13,682 nt of DNA from Octopus sinensis (Eukaryota), in the NCBI RefSeq assembly GCF_006345805.1, contig NW_021826411.1:1-13682 (forward strand), given 5' to 3'. Position 1 is the first letter of the stretch. Every line of letters begins with the position of its first letter. Below the pieces are notes generated by a model, which did not search any database, was not told the origin of the DNA, and saw nothing but the letters and a program-made list of their open reading frames with translations. Made by a program: the position numbers and the translations under genes. Below are positions 1 to 8,983 of the stretch, one piece after another.

Positions 1-95
1 ATACATATATATACATATATACATACATATATGCACACATATGTGTGTACACATACACAGAAATATCTATGTATTTTTATATACATCCCTCTTGT

Positions 96-131
<36 letters not shown>

Positions 132-290
132 AGACACACACACACATACGTACTAACACACTCACACACACATACACACATATATGTGTGTTTGTGCGTG
201 GGCACGTATGTAAGTGTATACATATACGTGCATACATGCCCCCACACAGATCTACACACATGATAACATGCATACATAAGTACATGCAAA
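1..290. repeat. Mosaic microsatellite tract (AT/AC/CATA) with pure (CT)n at ~101-128
   Basis: Directly visible di- and tetranucleotide runs; the overlapping ORFs are low-complexity translations. Confidence 0.9.
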
Positions 291-575
291 CACTGAAGCC
301 TTCATTTATTTCAAGAAAAAAATTTAGATTTAGTCTAGGGAAGAACAGAATGTACACCCTTTGATAGAACACACTGCAACAGAAGGTGATGTTAACGCAT
401 ATAGTCGGCTACAATGAGTCGAAGCACTGCATTTCTTCGATCTTCTGCTGCTAGAAAATGGAGACTGTCAATAGCTGTTGCAGCCTTACTTTCATGTATA
501 CAGCATATTCATGTATTATAGAATACAGTGTTGTTCCGCGGATATCTATGTATAAATGAATGTATGTATTATGAA

Positions 576-1490
576 GGCGGCGATCTGGCAGAATCGTTAG
601 CACGCCGGGCGCAACGCTCAGCGATATTTCGTCTGTCTTTACGTTCTGAGTTCAAATTCCGCCGAGGTCGACTTTGCCTTTCATCCTTTCGGGTTCGATT
701 AAATATGTACCAGTTACGCACTGGGGTCGACTTAATCCGTTTGTCTGTCCTTGTTTGTTCCCTCTGTGGGTAGTAAAAAAATAGGTATTTCGTCTCTCTT
801 TACGTTCTGAGTTCAAATTCCACCGAGGTCGACTTTGCCTTTCATCCTTCCGGGGTCGATAAATTAAGTACCAGTTACGCACTCGGGTCGATGTAATCGA
901 CTTAATCCGTTTGTCTGTCCTTGTTTGTCCACTCAGTGTTTAGCCCCTTGTGGGTAGTAAAGAAATAGGTATTTCGTCTGTCTTTACGTTCTGTGTTCAA
1001 ATTCCGCCGATGTCGACTTTGCCTTTCATCCTTTCGGGGTCGATTAAATATGTACCAGTTACGCACTGGGGTCGACTAAATCAGTTTGTCTGTCCTTGTT
1101 TGTTCCCTCTGTGTTTAGCCCCTTGTGGGTAGTAAAGAAATGGGTATTTCGTCTGCCGCTACGTTCTGAGTTCAAATTCCACCGAGGTCGACTTTGCCTT
1201 TCATCCTTCCGGGGTCGATAAATTAAGTACCAGTTACGCACTCGGGTCGATGTAATCGACTTAATCCGTTTGTCTGTCCTTGTTTGTCCACTCAGTGTTT
1301 AGCCCCTTGTGGGTAGTAAAGAAATAGGTATTTCGTCTGTCTTTACGTTCTGTGTTCAAATTCCACCGAGGTCGACTTTACCTTTCATGCGTGCGAGGTC
1401 GATAAATTAAGTACCAGTTGCGTACTGGGGTCGACTTAATCGGCTGGCTTCCTCACCCAAAATTTCTGGCCTTGTGCCTAAATTAGAAAA
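576..1490 (+). mobile_element. tRNA-derived SINE (family A) with five tandem internal core units, flanked by a 16-bp TSD
   Basis: Head GGCGGCGATCTGGCAGAATCGTTAG (A-box-like) and B-box-like GAGTTCAAATTCC. Core GTCGACTTTGCCTTTCATCCTTTCGGGGTCGATAAATTAAGTACC resembles the Meta/MESC SINE domain (from memory). Direct repeat GAATGTATGTATTATG at 558-573 and 1491-1506. Confidence 0.9.
625..1440 (+). repeat. Tandem array, units starting at 625, 786, 970, 1145, 1329 (161/184/175/184 bp plus a final unit); 359-bp higher-order period
   Basis: Every unit starts TATTTCGTCT. Units 1/3 and units 2/4 share diagnostic variants. Confidence 0.95.
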
Positions 1491-1506
1491 GAATGTATGT
1501 ATTATG

Positions 1507-2140
1507 TAATTTCTTAATTTTATTTCAAGATTTCTTGACAATAGGGAAGGAAACGGTTTCTAATCTAGATCCAAGGCTCCTTCCTTGGAATTACATCAAC
1601 GACAGGGTATTTTTGTTTGTATCTATGTATGTATGCATGTATATATGTATACGTGTAGACTTAGACTTGTATGTTTTGTCTTCTCATGCAGGTACCTACA
1701 TATCTCATTTTGCTCATATATATACAAATGGCGGAGGCGCAATGGCCCAGTGGTTAGGGCAGCGGATTCGCGGTCGTAGGGTCGCGGTTTCCATTCCCAG
1801 ACCGAGCGTTGTGAGTGTTTATTGAGCGAAAACACCAAAAAAGCTCCACGAGGCTCCAGCAGGGGGTGGTGGCGATCCCTGCTGTACTCTTTCGCCACAA
1901 CTTCCTCTCACTCTTTCTTCTGTTGGCCTGCTCGTGTAGCCAGCGGGGTGGCATGCCGTCGTTTGAAGGCTAAAACAATGCGAAGCGCATTGTGACCAGC
2001 GATGTGTAGCAACATCTGATAGGCTGGTCAGTCACGGTGACGGACACGGTGATATACAAATGATAAACTTCTGGAAAGTTTCACAGATTTTTACAGTTCC
2101 AGTGATGGCTTGGCTCTGTAGTCTTCGAACTAGCTTTCTC
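1507..2140 (+). mobile_element. Unclassified interspersed repeat (family C), copy 1, with internal TATG microsatellite; interrupted by a SINE
   Basis: Blocks TTTTATTTCAAGATTTCTTG, TTCTCATGCA and AATGATAAACTT..CAGATTTTTACAGTTCCAGT..GCTTTCTC are collinear with the reverse complement of 6527-7275. Strand is arbitrary. Confidence 0.75.
1731..2051 (+). mobile_element. tRNA-derived SINE (family B, tail 1), full length, 11-bp TSD
   Basis: A box TGGCCCAGTGG and B-box-like GGTTTCCATTCCC. TSD ATATACAAATG at 1720-1730 and 2052-2062. The head matches the element at 7660-8043. Confidence 0.9.
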
Positions 2141-3615
2141 GTGTATGTATGTATGTATGTATGTAGTATGTATGTATGAAAGTATGTATGTATGTATATG
2201 TATATATGTCACTTCGTATGTATCTGTATATGTATGAATATCCTCCTCATTACCACCATCAATACCATCAATACCATCACAACACATCATCATCAGCAGC
2301 AGCACTGTTATCATCAGCCAGACAAAACAACACTTGAGCAATCTATCAAAGTAGTATGTGCGCGCGCAGATGTGTGTGTGTGTGTTCGTATTGCGTGTGT
2401 GAGCGTGTGTGTATGCGTGAGTGAGTGCATACGTGTGTATGTATGTATGTATGTATGTATGTATGTATGTATATATGTATGTATATATGTACGTATGTAT
2501 GTATGCATGTATGTATATATATATGTATGTATGAATGTATGTACGTACGTATGTATGTATGTATGTTTGTATGTATGCATGTATGTATGTACGTACGTAT
2601 GTATGTCTGTATGTATGTATGTATGTACGTACGTACGTATGTATATATGTATGTAAGTATGTATGTTTGCATGTATGTATATATGTCTGCATGTGTGTAT
2701 GTATGTATGTATGTATGTATGCACGTATGTATGTATGTATGTTGTATGTATGTATGTATGTATGTACGTATGTAAGTATGTATGTAATGTATGTATGCAC
2801 GTATGTATGTATGTATTATGTATTATGATGTATGTATGTATGTATGTTGTATGTATGTATGTAGTATGTAGTATGTATGTGTATGTAGTATTATGTATAT
2901 ATGTCACTTCGTATGTATCTGTATATGTATGAATATCCTCCTCATACCACCATCAATACCATCAATAACAATCAACCACAATCATCAGCAGCAGCACTGT
3001 TATCATCAGCCAGACAAAAACACAATTGAGCATCTATCAAAGTAGTATGTGCGCGCGCAGATGTGTGTGTGTGTGTTCGTATTGCGTGGTGTGAGCGAGG
3101 TGTGTGTTATGCGTGAGTGAGTGCATACGGTGTATGTATGTATGTATGTATGTATGTATGTATGTATTATATGATATGTATATATGTACGTATGTATGTA
3201 TTGCATGTATGTATATATATATGTATGTATGAATGTATGTACGTACGTATGTATGTATGTATGTTGTATGTATGCATGGTATGTATGTACGTACGTATGT
3301 ATGTTGCGTATGTATGTATGTACGTACGTACGTATGTATATAGTAGTAAGTATGTATGTTTGCATGTATGTATATATGTCTGCATGTGTGTATGTATGTA
3401 TGTATGTATGCACGTATGTATGTATGTATGATGTATGTATGTATGTATGTATGATGTAGTATGTAAGTATGTATGTATATGTATGCACGTATGTATGTTG
3501 TATGTATGTATGTATGTTATGTATGTTGTATGTATGTATGTATGTATGTATGTAAGTAATGTGTGTATGGTGTTGTATGTGTGCGCTTATGAGTGCGTGT
3601 GTGTGTGTGTGTGTA
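2141..3615. repeat. Long imperfect (TATG)n tract containing a ~695-bp tandem duplication
   Basis: Anchor GTCACTTCGTATGTATCTG at 2208 and 2903; GCGCGCGCAGATG at 2360 and 3051. Confidence 0.92.
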
Positions 3616-3928
3616 TTTTAGTAAGTAAATACTCTTTTATATATATTGATGAATAAATGATGAAAACAGGATATTAATCAGCAGCTTTTCCAATAACCGG
3701 CAAATCACCAATCGGTAACGTGTCAAAGATTACTGGTATCGACCAATCAGTTTTCAGAAAACTCAGTCAAAACATTCATTCTGCTGCTTCACATTCTTCT
3801 ACACAATAACTTTAATTTCTACAGAGAATTCTACATTCTAATTGATAGGAAGTTTACCGAAACGCTATAAATCATATTCCAGATGAATTTACATATATAT
3901 TGCCTGCCAGTTACCATTGTGTTTGGTC

Positions 3929-3952
3929 TTATTATTATCAATATCATTATTA

Positions 3953-4004
<52 letters not shown>

Positions 4005-4039
4005 CATCATCATCATCATCATCATCATCATTATTATTA

Positions 4040-4083
<44 letters not shown>

Positions 4084-4094
4084 TTATTATTACT

Positions 4095-4138
<44 letters not shown>

Positions 4139-4150
4139 TATTGTTATTGT
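3929..4150. repeat. Compound trinucleotide microsatellite (TAT)n(CAT)n(TAT)n(CAT)n
   Basis: Directly visible. Confidence 0.95.
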
Positions 4151-4167
4151 TAAGGAAGGAGAGCAAA

Positions 4168-4338
4168 GTAATGGAATGGCAAAATCGTTAGAGCATTGGT
4201 TGAAACGCTGTGCGGTATAGGTTTTGGCATTTTATGTTCTGAGTTCAAATCCTGCCGAGGCCACCTTTGTCTTTCAGTGATAAAATAAAGTACTATTCAA
4301 GATCGTTGGCCGTGTTCTAAAATCAGAATCTATTATTA
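4168..4338 (+). mobile_element. Degenerate SINE family A copy
   Basis: TGGCAAAATCGTTAG, GTTCTGAGTTCAAATCCTGCCGAGG, CTTTGTCTTTCA, tail remnant TGGCCGTGTTCTAAAATCAGAA. Confidence 0.75.
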
Positions 4339-4352
4339 AAGAATGAGGTTTA

Positions 4353-4776
4353 GTTGGTGAGTTGGCAGAATCGTTAGAGCGATGTACATTTGTTCTCGCT
4401 GGTTACGTTCTGAGTTCAAATCAGGGCGAAATCGACTTTACGATTCGTACTTTTGGGGGTCAATGAAATAATGGTTTCAAATTTTAGCACAGGGCCAGCA
4501 ATGTTTGAAGGAAGGGAGGTAGTCGATTACATCGACCAGTAATTATCTTATCTAACTCCGAAAGGATGAAAGGCAAAGTCGCCCTCTTCGGAATTTACAC
4601 TCAGAACCTAAAGGCGATATGCTGCTAAGAATTTTGTCCAGCGTGGTAACGGTTCTTCCAGCTTGCCGCCTGTAATCGATGAATTAAAATACCAATCAAG
4701 TACGGGAGGCGATAGTATCGATTAACAGTTATCCGTCAAAATTGCTGGCCTTGTTTCTAAATTAGAAACTAGTATT
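4353..4776 (+). mobile_element. Degenerate SINE family A copy split by an antisense copy of the same family
   Basis: Head and core 4353-4471; the core resumes at 4676 and ends in AAAATTGCTGGCCTTGTTTCTAAATTAGAAAC. Confidence 0.75.
4472..4670 (-). mobile_element. SINE family A copy nested in opposite orientation
   Basis: Plus strand shows GAAAGGATGAAAGGCAAAGTCG and ends CCAGCTTGCCGCC. Decayed TSD TCAATGAAATAA (4460-4471) / TCGATGAATTAA (4676-4687). Confidence 0.8.
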
Positions 4777-4794
4777 GAGGAGTAAGAGGTGTTT

Positions 4795-5104
4795 GATGGA
4801 GTGGCTGAACAGTTAACAACGCCGGACAATTGCTCCCACTGCATAGGTTCTAAGTTCAGATCCAGCCGAAGTAGTGGCAGAGTCGATAAAAATCGACCTA
4901 TGCACTCACCCTATGACTTTGCCTTTTACCAAAATTTGAAAGAATTGATAAGAAAAGCGAGGAGGATGATAGAATGGTAAAATCGTAAGAGCGTCGGCTA
5001 AAAATACCTTTGTTGTATATATTCCGGATTTTTATGTTCAAGTGTTGGGGTCGATATTTTCAACTATTCCCGTACTCCAAATTCCAATCCTCTTACCTAT
5101 ATTA
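4795..5104 (+). mobile_element. Two highly degraded SINE family A remnants
   Basis: Remnant motifs GTTAACAACGCCGGACAA, GTTCTAAGTTCAGATCCAGCCGA, AAAATCGTAAGAGCGTCGG, TGGGGTCGAT. Boundaries are approximate. Confidence 0.5.
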
Positions 5105-5264
5105 GTTTCTGCTATAGGCGCAAGGCCTGAAATTTTGGGCGAGGGGAATAGTCACTTCGGTACTTATTTTATCGACCCCCGAAAGGCTGAAAAGCAAAGC
5201 CGAACTCAAATGTAAATTCTAACAAAATGTCGCAAAGCATTTTGTCCGCTATACTATCAATTCT
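5105..5264 (-). mobile_element. Degenerate SINE family A copy (tail Y) lacking its extreme 5' end and abutting the dimer
   Basis: Plus strand shows AGGCGCAAGGCCTGAAATTTTGGG, GGTACTTATTTTATCGACCCCCGAAAGG, AAGCATTTTGTCCG. Confidence 0.75.
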
Positions 5265-5658
5265 TATTTCGTTATTGCCCACAAGGGGCTAAAGATAGAG
5301 GGGACAAAGAAGAATTAAATCGACCCCAGTGCGTAACTGGTACTTAATTTATCGACCCCCTAAAGGATGAAAGGCAAAGTTGACCTCGGCGGAATTTGAA
5401 CTCAGAACGTAGCGGCAGACGAAATACCTATTTCTTTACTACCCACAAGGGGCTAAACACAGAGGGTCAAACAAGGACAGACAAACGGATTAAGTCGATT
5501 ACATCGAACCCAGTACGTAACTGGTACTTAATTTATCGACCCCGAAAGGATGAAAGGCAAAATCGACCTCAGCGGAATTTGAACTCTGATCGAAACGGCA
5601 GACAAAATACGGCTACACATTTCGCCCTGCGTGCTAACGTTTCTGCCAGCTCACCGCC
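5261..5658 (-). mobile_element. SINE family A dimer (one head, two core+tail X units)
   Basis: Head reads GGCGGTGAGCTGGCAGAAACGTTAG on the minus strand. Internal junction at 5426/5427 is identical to those in 576-1490. The 3' end is CCCCTTGTGGGCAATAACGAAATAAGAA. Confidence 0.9.
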
Positions 5659-5759
5659 TTACACGCATCTATATATATGTATGTCCTATCTCTCTCTTTT
5701 CATTTAGAGTTTATTTTGATAGCTGCAAGTTTTTGAAGAAAATTATTTCGTTTTGTTCT

Positions 5760-5905
5760 TGGACGAAATACTTTCAAATCCCTTCCAGTACTTGTCCGGC
5801 TTATTACGCTTTGAATTCCAGTTCCGCAGAGGTTGTCTTTGCTTTTTCATCATACCAAGTCAGTAAAGTATTGTACCAATGGAATACTGACGTCGATATA
5901 ATTTA
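5760..5905 (+). mobile_element. Highly degraded SINE family A remnant
   Basis: TTACGCTTTGAATTCCAGTTCCGCAGAGGTTGTCTTTGCTTTTTCATC aligns with the B box and core. Confidence 0.55.
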
Positions 5906-6099
5906 AATGTCATTTAGGAGGGTGAGAATGTGGAGAATGAAGTTTTGCTCTTCAGTAAACCTGATGAAACCTGAGAGTAAGAAGATACTTCTAATCTCAT
6001 TTTTGTTTTGTAATTTTGTAGCAGGAAGAGGGCGTTTACTTTCATGTTTACGAGTATTTAGGGATTTGTAGGGTGTGTATAATTTTTCTCTTTGCAATT

Positions 6100-6430
6100 T
6101 TTATGATGATTATTATGTCGACGAGTATAAGGTGTATGATGATAATATTGTTAATGATGATGATGATGTTGATGATGATGATGATTATGATGATGATGAT
6201 GATGATGATGATCATCATCATCATTGCAATGACCACAACGATAATGACATCGACAATAACAGTGATGATGCTCATAAATTAATATTGATGATGACAGTGA
6301 CGATAATAATGGTTGTGACTTTGATGACGATGATGAGGATGATGGTGTTGATTATCATTCTGATGTTGACGAGGAGGATGAAATCTATAATGATAGCAAT
6401 GTCATTGGCAACAACTACGATGATTGTGAT
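6100..6430. repeat. Degenerate (GAT)n trinucleotide tract
   Basis: Directly visible; purest at ~6153-6222. Confidence 0.9.
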
Positions 6431-6526
6431 GACGCTTAATCAATTGTGATGGTAACTTATGACTAAGCGTACTCCAGCTGTGACCATCCCTTTTCTTGAG
6501 AAATTTGGCTTTTCAAATCCAAAATG

Positions 6527-7275
6527 GAGAAAGCTCACTCGAACTCTACAGATACAATTCATTACTGGAACTGTAAAAATCTGTAAAACTTTCCATAAGT
6601 TTATCATTCAAATATATATTAGCATGTCTACATATGCAACTATATGCATGAGAATACATACATAAAGCAAAATATATAAATCCGCACACATACATATATC
6701 CATCCATCCATCCATCCATCCATCCATACATACATACATACATACATACATACATACATACATACATACAAAAGTAACCTCTTGTTGATGTTGAAATTCT
6801 AATGAAGGAGACTTGAATCTTGGTTAGACACTGGATCTTTCTCTATTGGCAAGAAATCTTTATATATAAAGTGAGGTTGTGTGCTGTCTTTCTCCTACGA
6901 TTTAGATTCCTAGCTAACTCCCACTTTTGCGGTGCAGTTTAAAAACCAAAACCGGGTACTTTAGTCGTGATTCATATCGAGCCCTCTGGTTATTAGCGCG
7001 CGTCTTACGATGAGTCTACGATAAAAAAAAATTTACCATCAATTTTTCCCATTTTTAATGCATTTTTGGCATATATAAGGGAAGTAACTCACTAAAAAAT
7101 TATTATTAAATCTCAGAACGTAAAAAGCTACAGTAACACTCCACCTTTGTGGTTAGCCATATTGAGATGGCTATTATACTTTACATCTCTATAAATGCTT
7201 ATATAGTTATTTGCCTTACAAACCCGAGCAACGCCGGACGATACTGCTAGTCTTGAAATAAAACTGAACAATTTC
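6527..7275 (-). mobile_element. Family C repeat, copy 2, with internal (CATC)n(CATA)n; interrupted by a Helitron
   Basis: The reverse complement is collinear with 1507-2140 once both insertions are removed. Confidence 0.75.
6857..7250 (+). mobile_element. Non-autonomous Helitron, 394 bp
   Basis: Starts TC(TTTATATATAAAG) and ends CTAG. GC-rich imperfect hairpin CCGAGCAACGCCGG (7224-7237) lies 9 nt before CTAG. Inserted between A and T with no TSD. Confidence 0.88.
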
Positions 7276-7307
7276 ATACAGACATACTACAACCTTTTTT
7301 TTTACAA

Positions 7308-7450
7308 ATTCCGTCTACCAAATCCACATATTGGCTGACCTGAATGCTACAATAGAAGACACTCGCTTAAGTTGCCACGTAGTGGGAAGGGAAGGAATCT
7401 GGTACTACGTGGTTGGGATGCAAGCTTTTTACCACACAGCCACACCTGCG
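7308..7450 (-). mobile_element. Degenerate 5' part of SINE family D
   Basis: TTCCGTCTACCAAATCCAC, ATAGAAGACACT and TTACCACACAGCCAC are the reverse complement of 8254-8400. Confidence 0.8.
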
Positions 7451-7659
7451 ACCAAAAGCCCAGGCAGAAATGCTAGCCATGGAAGAGCTGTTAAAACGGT
7501 ATTACAGGTTCGTGATAAGCTCGGAAATAGTGAGATACAGTCATAACGAGAGCTTCATTATGCACGCATGCGTACATTGTCCGAGCATTGCTGGTATGTG
7601 GAGCTGCACAAATCAGCAATGTTCCAAAAGCTGTTATATTTGTAGGAATGAAACGGTTT

Positions 7660-8043
7660 GGAAGCACTCCGTCGGTTACGACGACGAGGATTACGGTTGA
7701 TCCGTATCAACGGAACAGCCTGCTCGTGAAATTAACGTGTAAGTGACTGAGTACTCCACAGACACGTGTACCCTTAACGTAGTTCTCGGGGATATTCAGC
7801 GTGACACAGAGGGTGACAAGGCCGGCCCTTTGAAATACAGATACAACAGAAACAGGAAGTAAGAGTGAGAGAAAGTTGTGATGAAAGAGTAGAGCAAGGA
7901 TCACCACCATCCCCTGCCGGAGCCGCGTGGAGCTTTAGGTGTTTTCACTCAATAGACACTCACAACGCCCGGTCTGGGAATCGAAACTGCGATCCTACGA
8001 CCACGAGTCCGCTGCCCTAACCACTGGGCCATTGCGCCTCCAC
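7660..8043 (-). mobile_element. tRNA-derived SINE (family B, tail 2), full length, 10-bp TSD
   Basis: Head GTGGAGGCGCAATGGCCCAGTGGTTAGGG on the minus strand. TSD GAAACGGTTT at 7650-7659 and 8044-8053. Confidence 0.9.
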
Positions 8044-8253
8044 GAAACGGTTTATCGGCTGAATGTATCGTGATTATGCTCCATTACCTTTATTTGGCCA
8101 TAAAGGACAAGATCTTTCCGTCTATCTGGTCTATTTCTTGCTTTTAGCCAAAGAGCTTGCAGGGATGCGATTAAAAGGACCTAAGAGAAACGTTTTCTTT
8201 TCCGACTACGTTTCTATTAATTGATTCAAGTTGCACTTAGAAAGAAAAGTGAA

Positions 8254-8416
8254 CGTGGGAGTGGCTGTGTGGTAAGTAGCTTGCTTACCAACCACATGGT
8301 TCCGGGTTCAGTCCCACTGCGTGGCACCTTGGGCAAGTGTCTTCTACTATAGCCTCGGGCTGACCAAAGCCTTGTGAGTGGATTTGGTAGACGGAAACTG
8401 AAAGAAGCCCGTCGTA

Positions 8417-8460
<44 letters not shown>

Positions 8461-8687
8461 CGTGTATGTTTGTATGTCTGTGTTTGTCCCCCTAGCATTG
8501 CTTGACAACGAATGCTGGTGTGTTTACGTCACCGTAACTTAGCGGTTCGGCAAAACAGACCGATAGAATAAGTACTGGGCTTACAAAGAATAAGTCTCGG
8601 GGTCGAGTTGCTCGACTAAAAGCGGTGCTCCAGCATGGCCGCAGTCAACTGACTGAAACAAGCAAAGGAGCAAAGGAGTAAGGAGTG
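8254..8687 (+). mobile_element. tRNA-derived SINE (family D) with internal (TA)n(TG)n microsatellite
   Basis: A box TGGCTGTGTGG, B box GGGTTCAGTCCC and CORE-like ACCTTGGGCAAGT. The 3' half matches 13483-13682. Short tandem tail (AAAGGAG)n. Confidence 0.85.
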
Positions 8688-8950
8688 AAGTATAAGTTTG
8701 TTGAAAGATAAGCGAGAGTGACAAGTATGGCTGAAGCAAATGAACATAATATCTATAAGCACCAGAATGCCAGGTGAAAACCGCAGGGAGAAAGTATTTG
8801 CCCTGAATCTGTACGGTTCCTTATTTAACCTCAGTTGGTTTGTCCCTCTATGAAAACATTTCACTGCTATTGTCTGTTACTTTTCATGTCTGATTCTCAT
8901 AATCAATTTTAAATAAGCCCTCATCGTTTTTGCTGTTCCTTGTCTTGCAG

Positions 8951-8983
8951 TTTCACCACAAACGTCGTCCCTGTGGCAAATAA
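8951..8983 (+). CDS. Candidate short terminal exon of an unidentified gene (phase 0 reads FHHKRRPCGK*; true phase unknown)
   Basis: Branch-point-like CTCAT (8920-8924), pyrimidine tract and TTGCAG acceptor at 8945-8950. AATAAA at 8979-8984 is followed by a U/GU-rich stretch. Confidence 0.3.
   Translation, partial: FHHKRRPCGK

Noticed and set aside
340-500. Short minus-strand frame (AIDSLHFLAAEDRRNAVLRL) vaguely like a LINE ORF2 C-terminus, and a 9-bp inverted repeat at 374-382/475-483
   Set aside because: Too short and weak to separate from chance.
625-1440. CRISPR-like or coding interpretation of the tandem array (repeated ORFs MRNWYLIYRPRKDERQ..)
   Set aside because: There are no unique spacers; whole units repeat, and the ORFs are antisense translations of the SINE core.
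625-1440. Hammerhead ribozyme inside the tandem units (retrozyme)
   Set aside because: I found no CUGANGA core on either strand; another ribozyme class is not excluded.
1731-1810. tRNA gene
   Set aside because: The tRNA-like head continues into a SINE body flanked by a TSD; no proper cloverleaf or terminator.
2081-3656. Long ORFs up to 239 aa
   Set aside because: Translations of (TATG)n, which lacks stop codons.
3831-4220. Homopolymeric amino-acid ORFs (also 6048-6449 and 9014-9298)
   Set aside because: Trinucleotide microsatellites.
5960-5995. CTGATGA as a hammerhead core
   Set aside because: No helix II followed by GAAA and no matching helix I.
7413-7700. Cys-rich 95-aa ORF
   Set aside because: It begins in one SINE and ends in another, with no recognisable domain or convincing splice sites.
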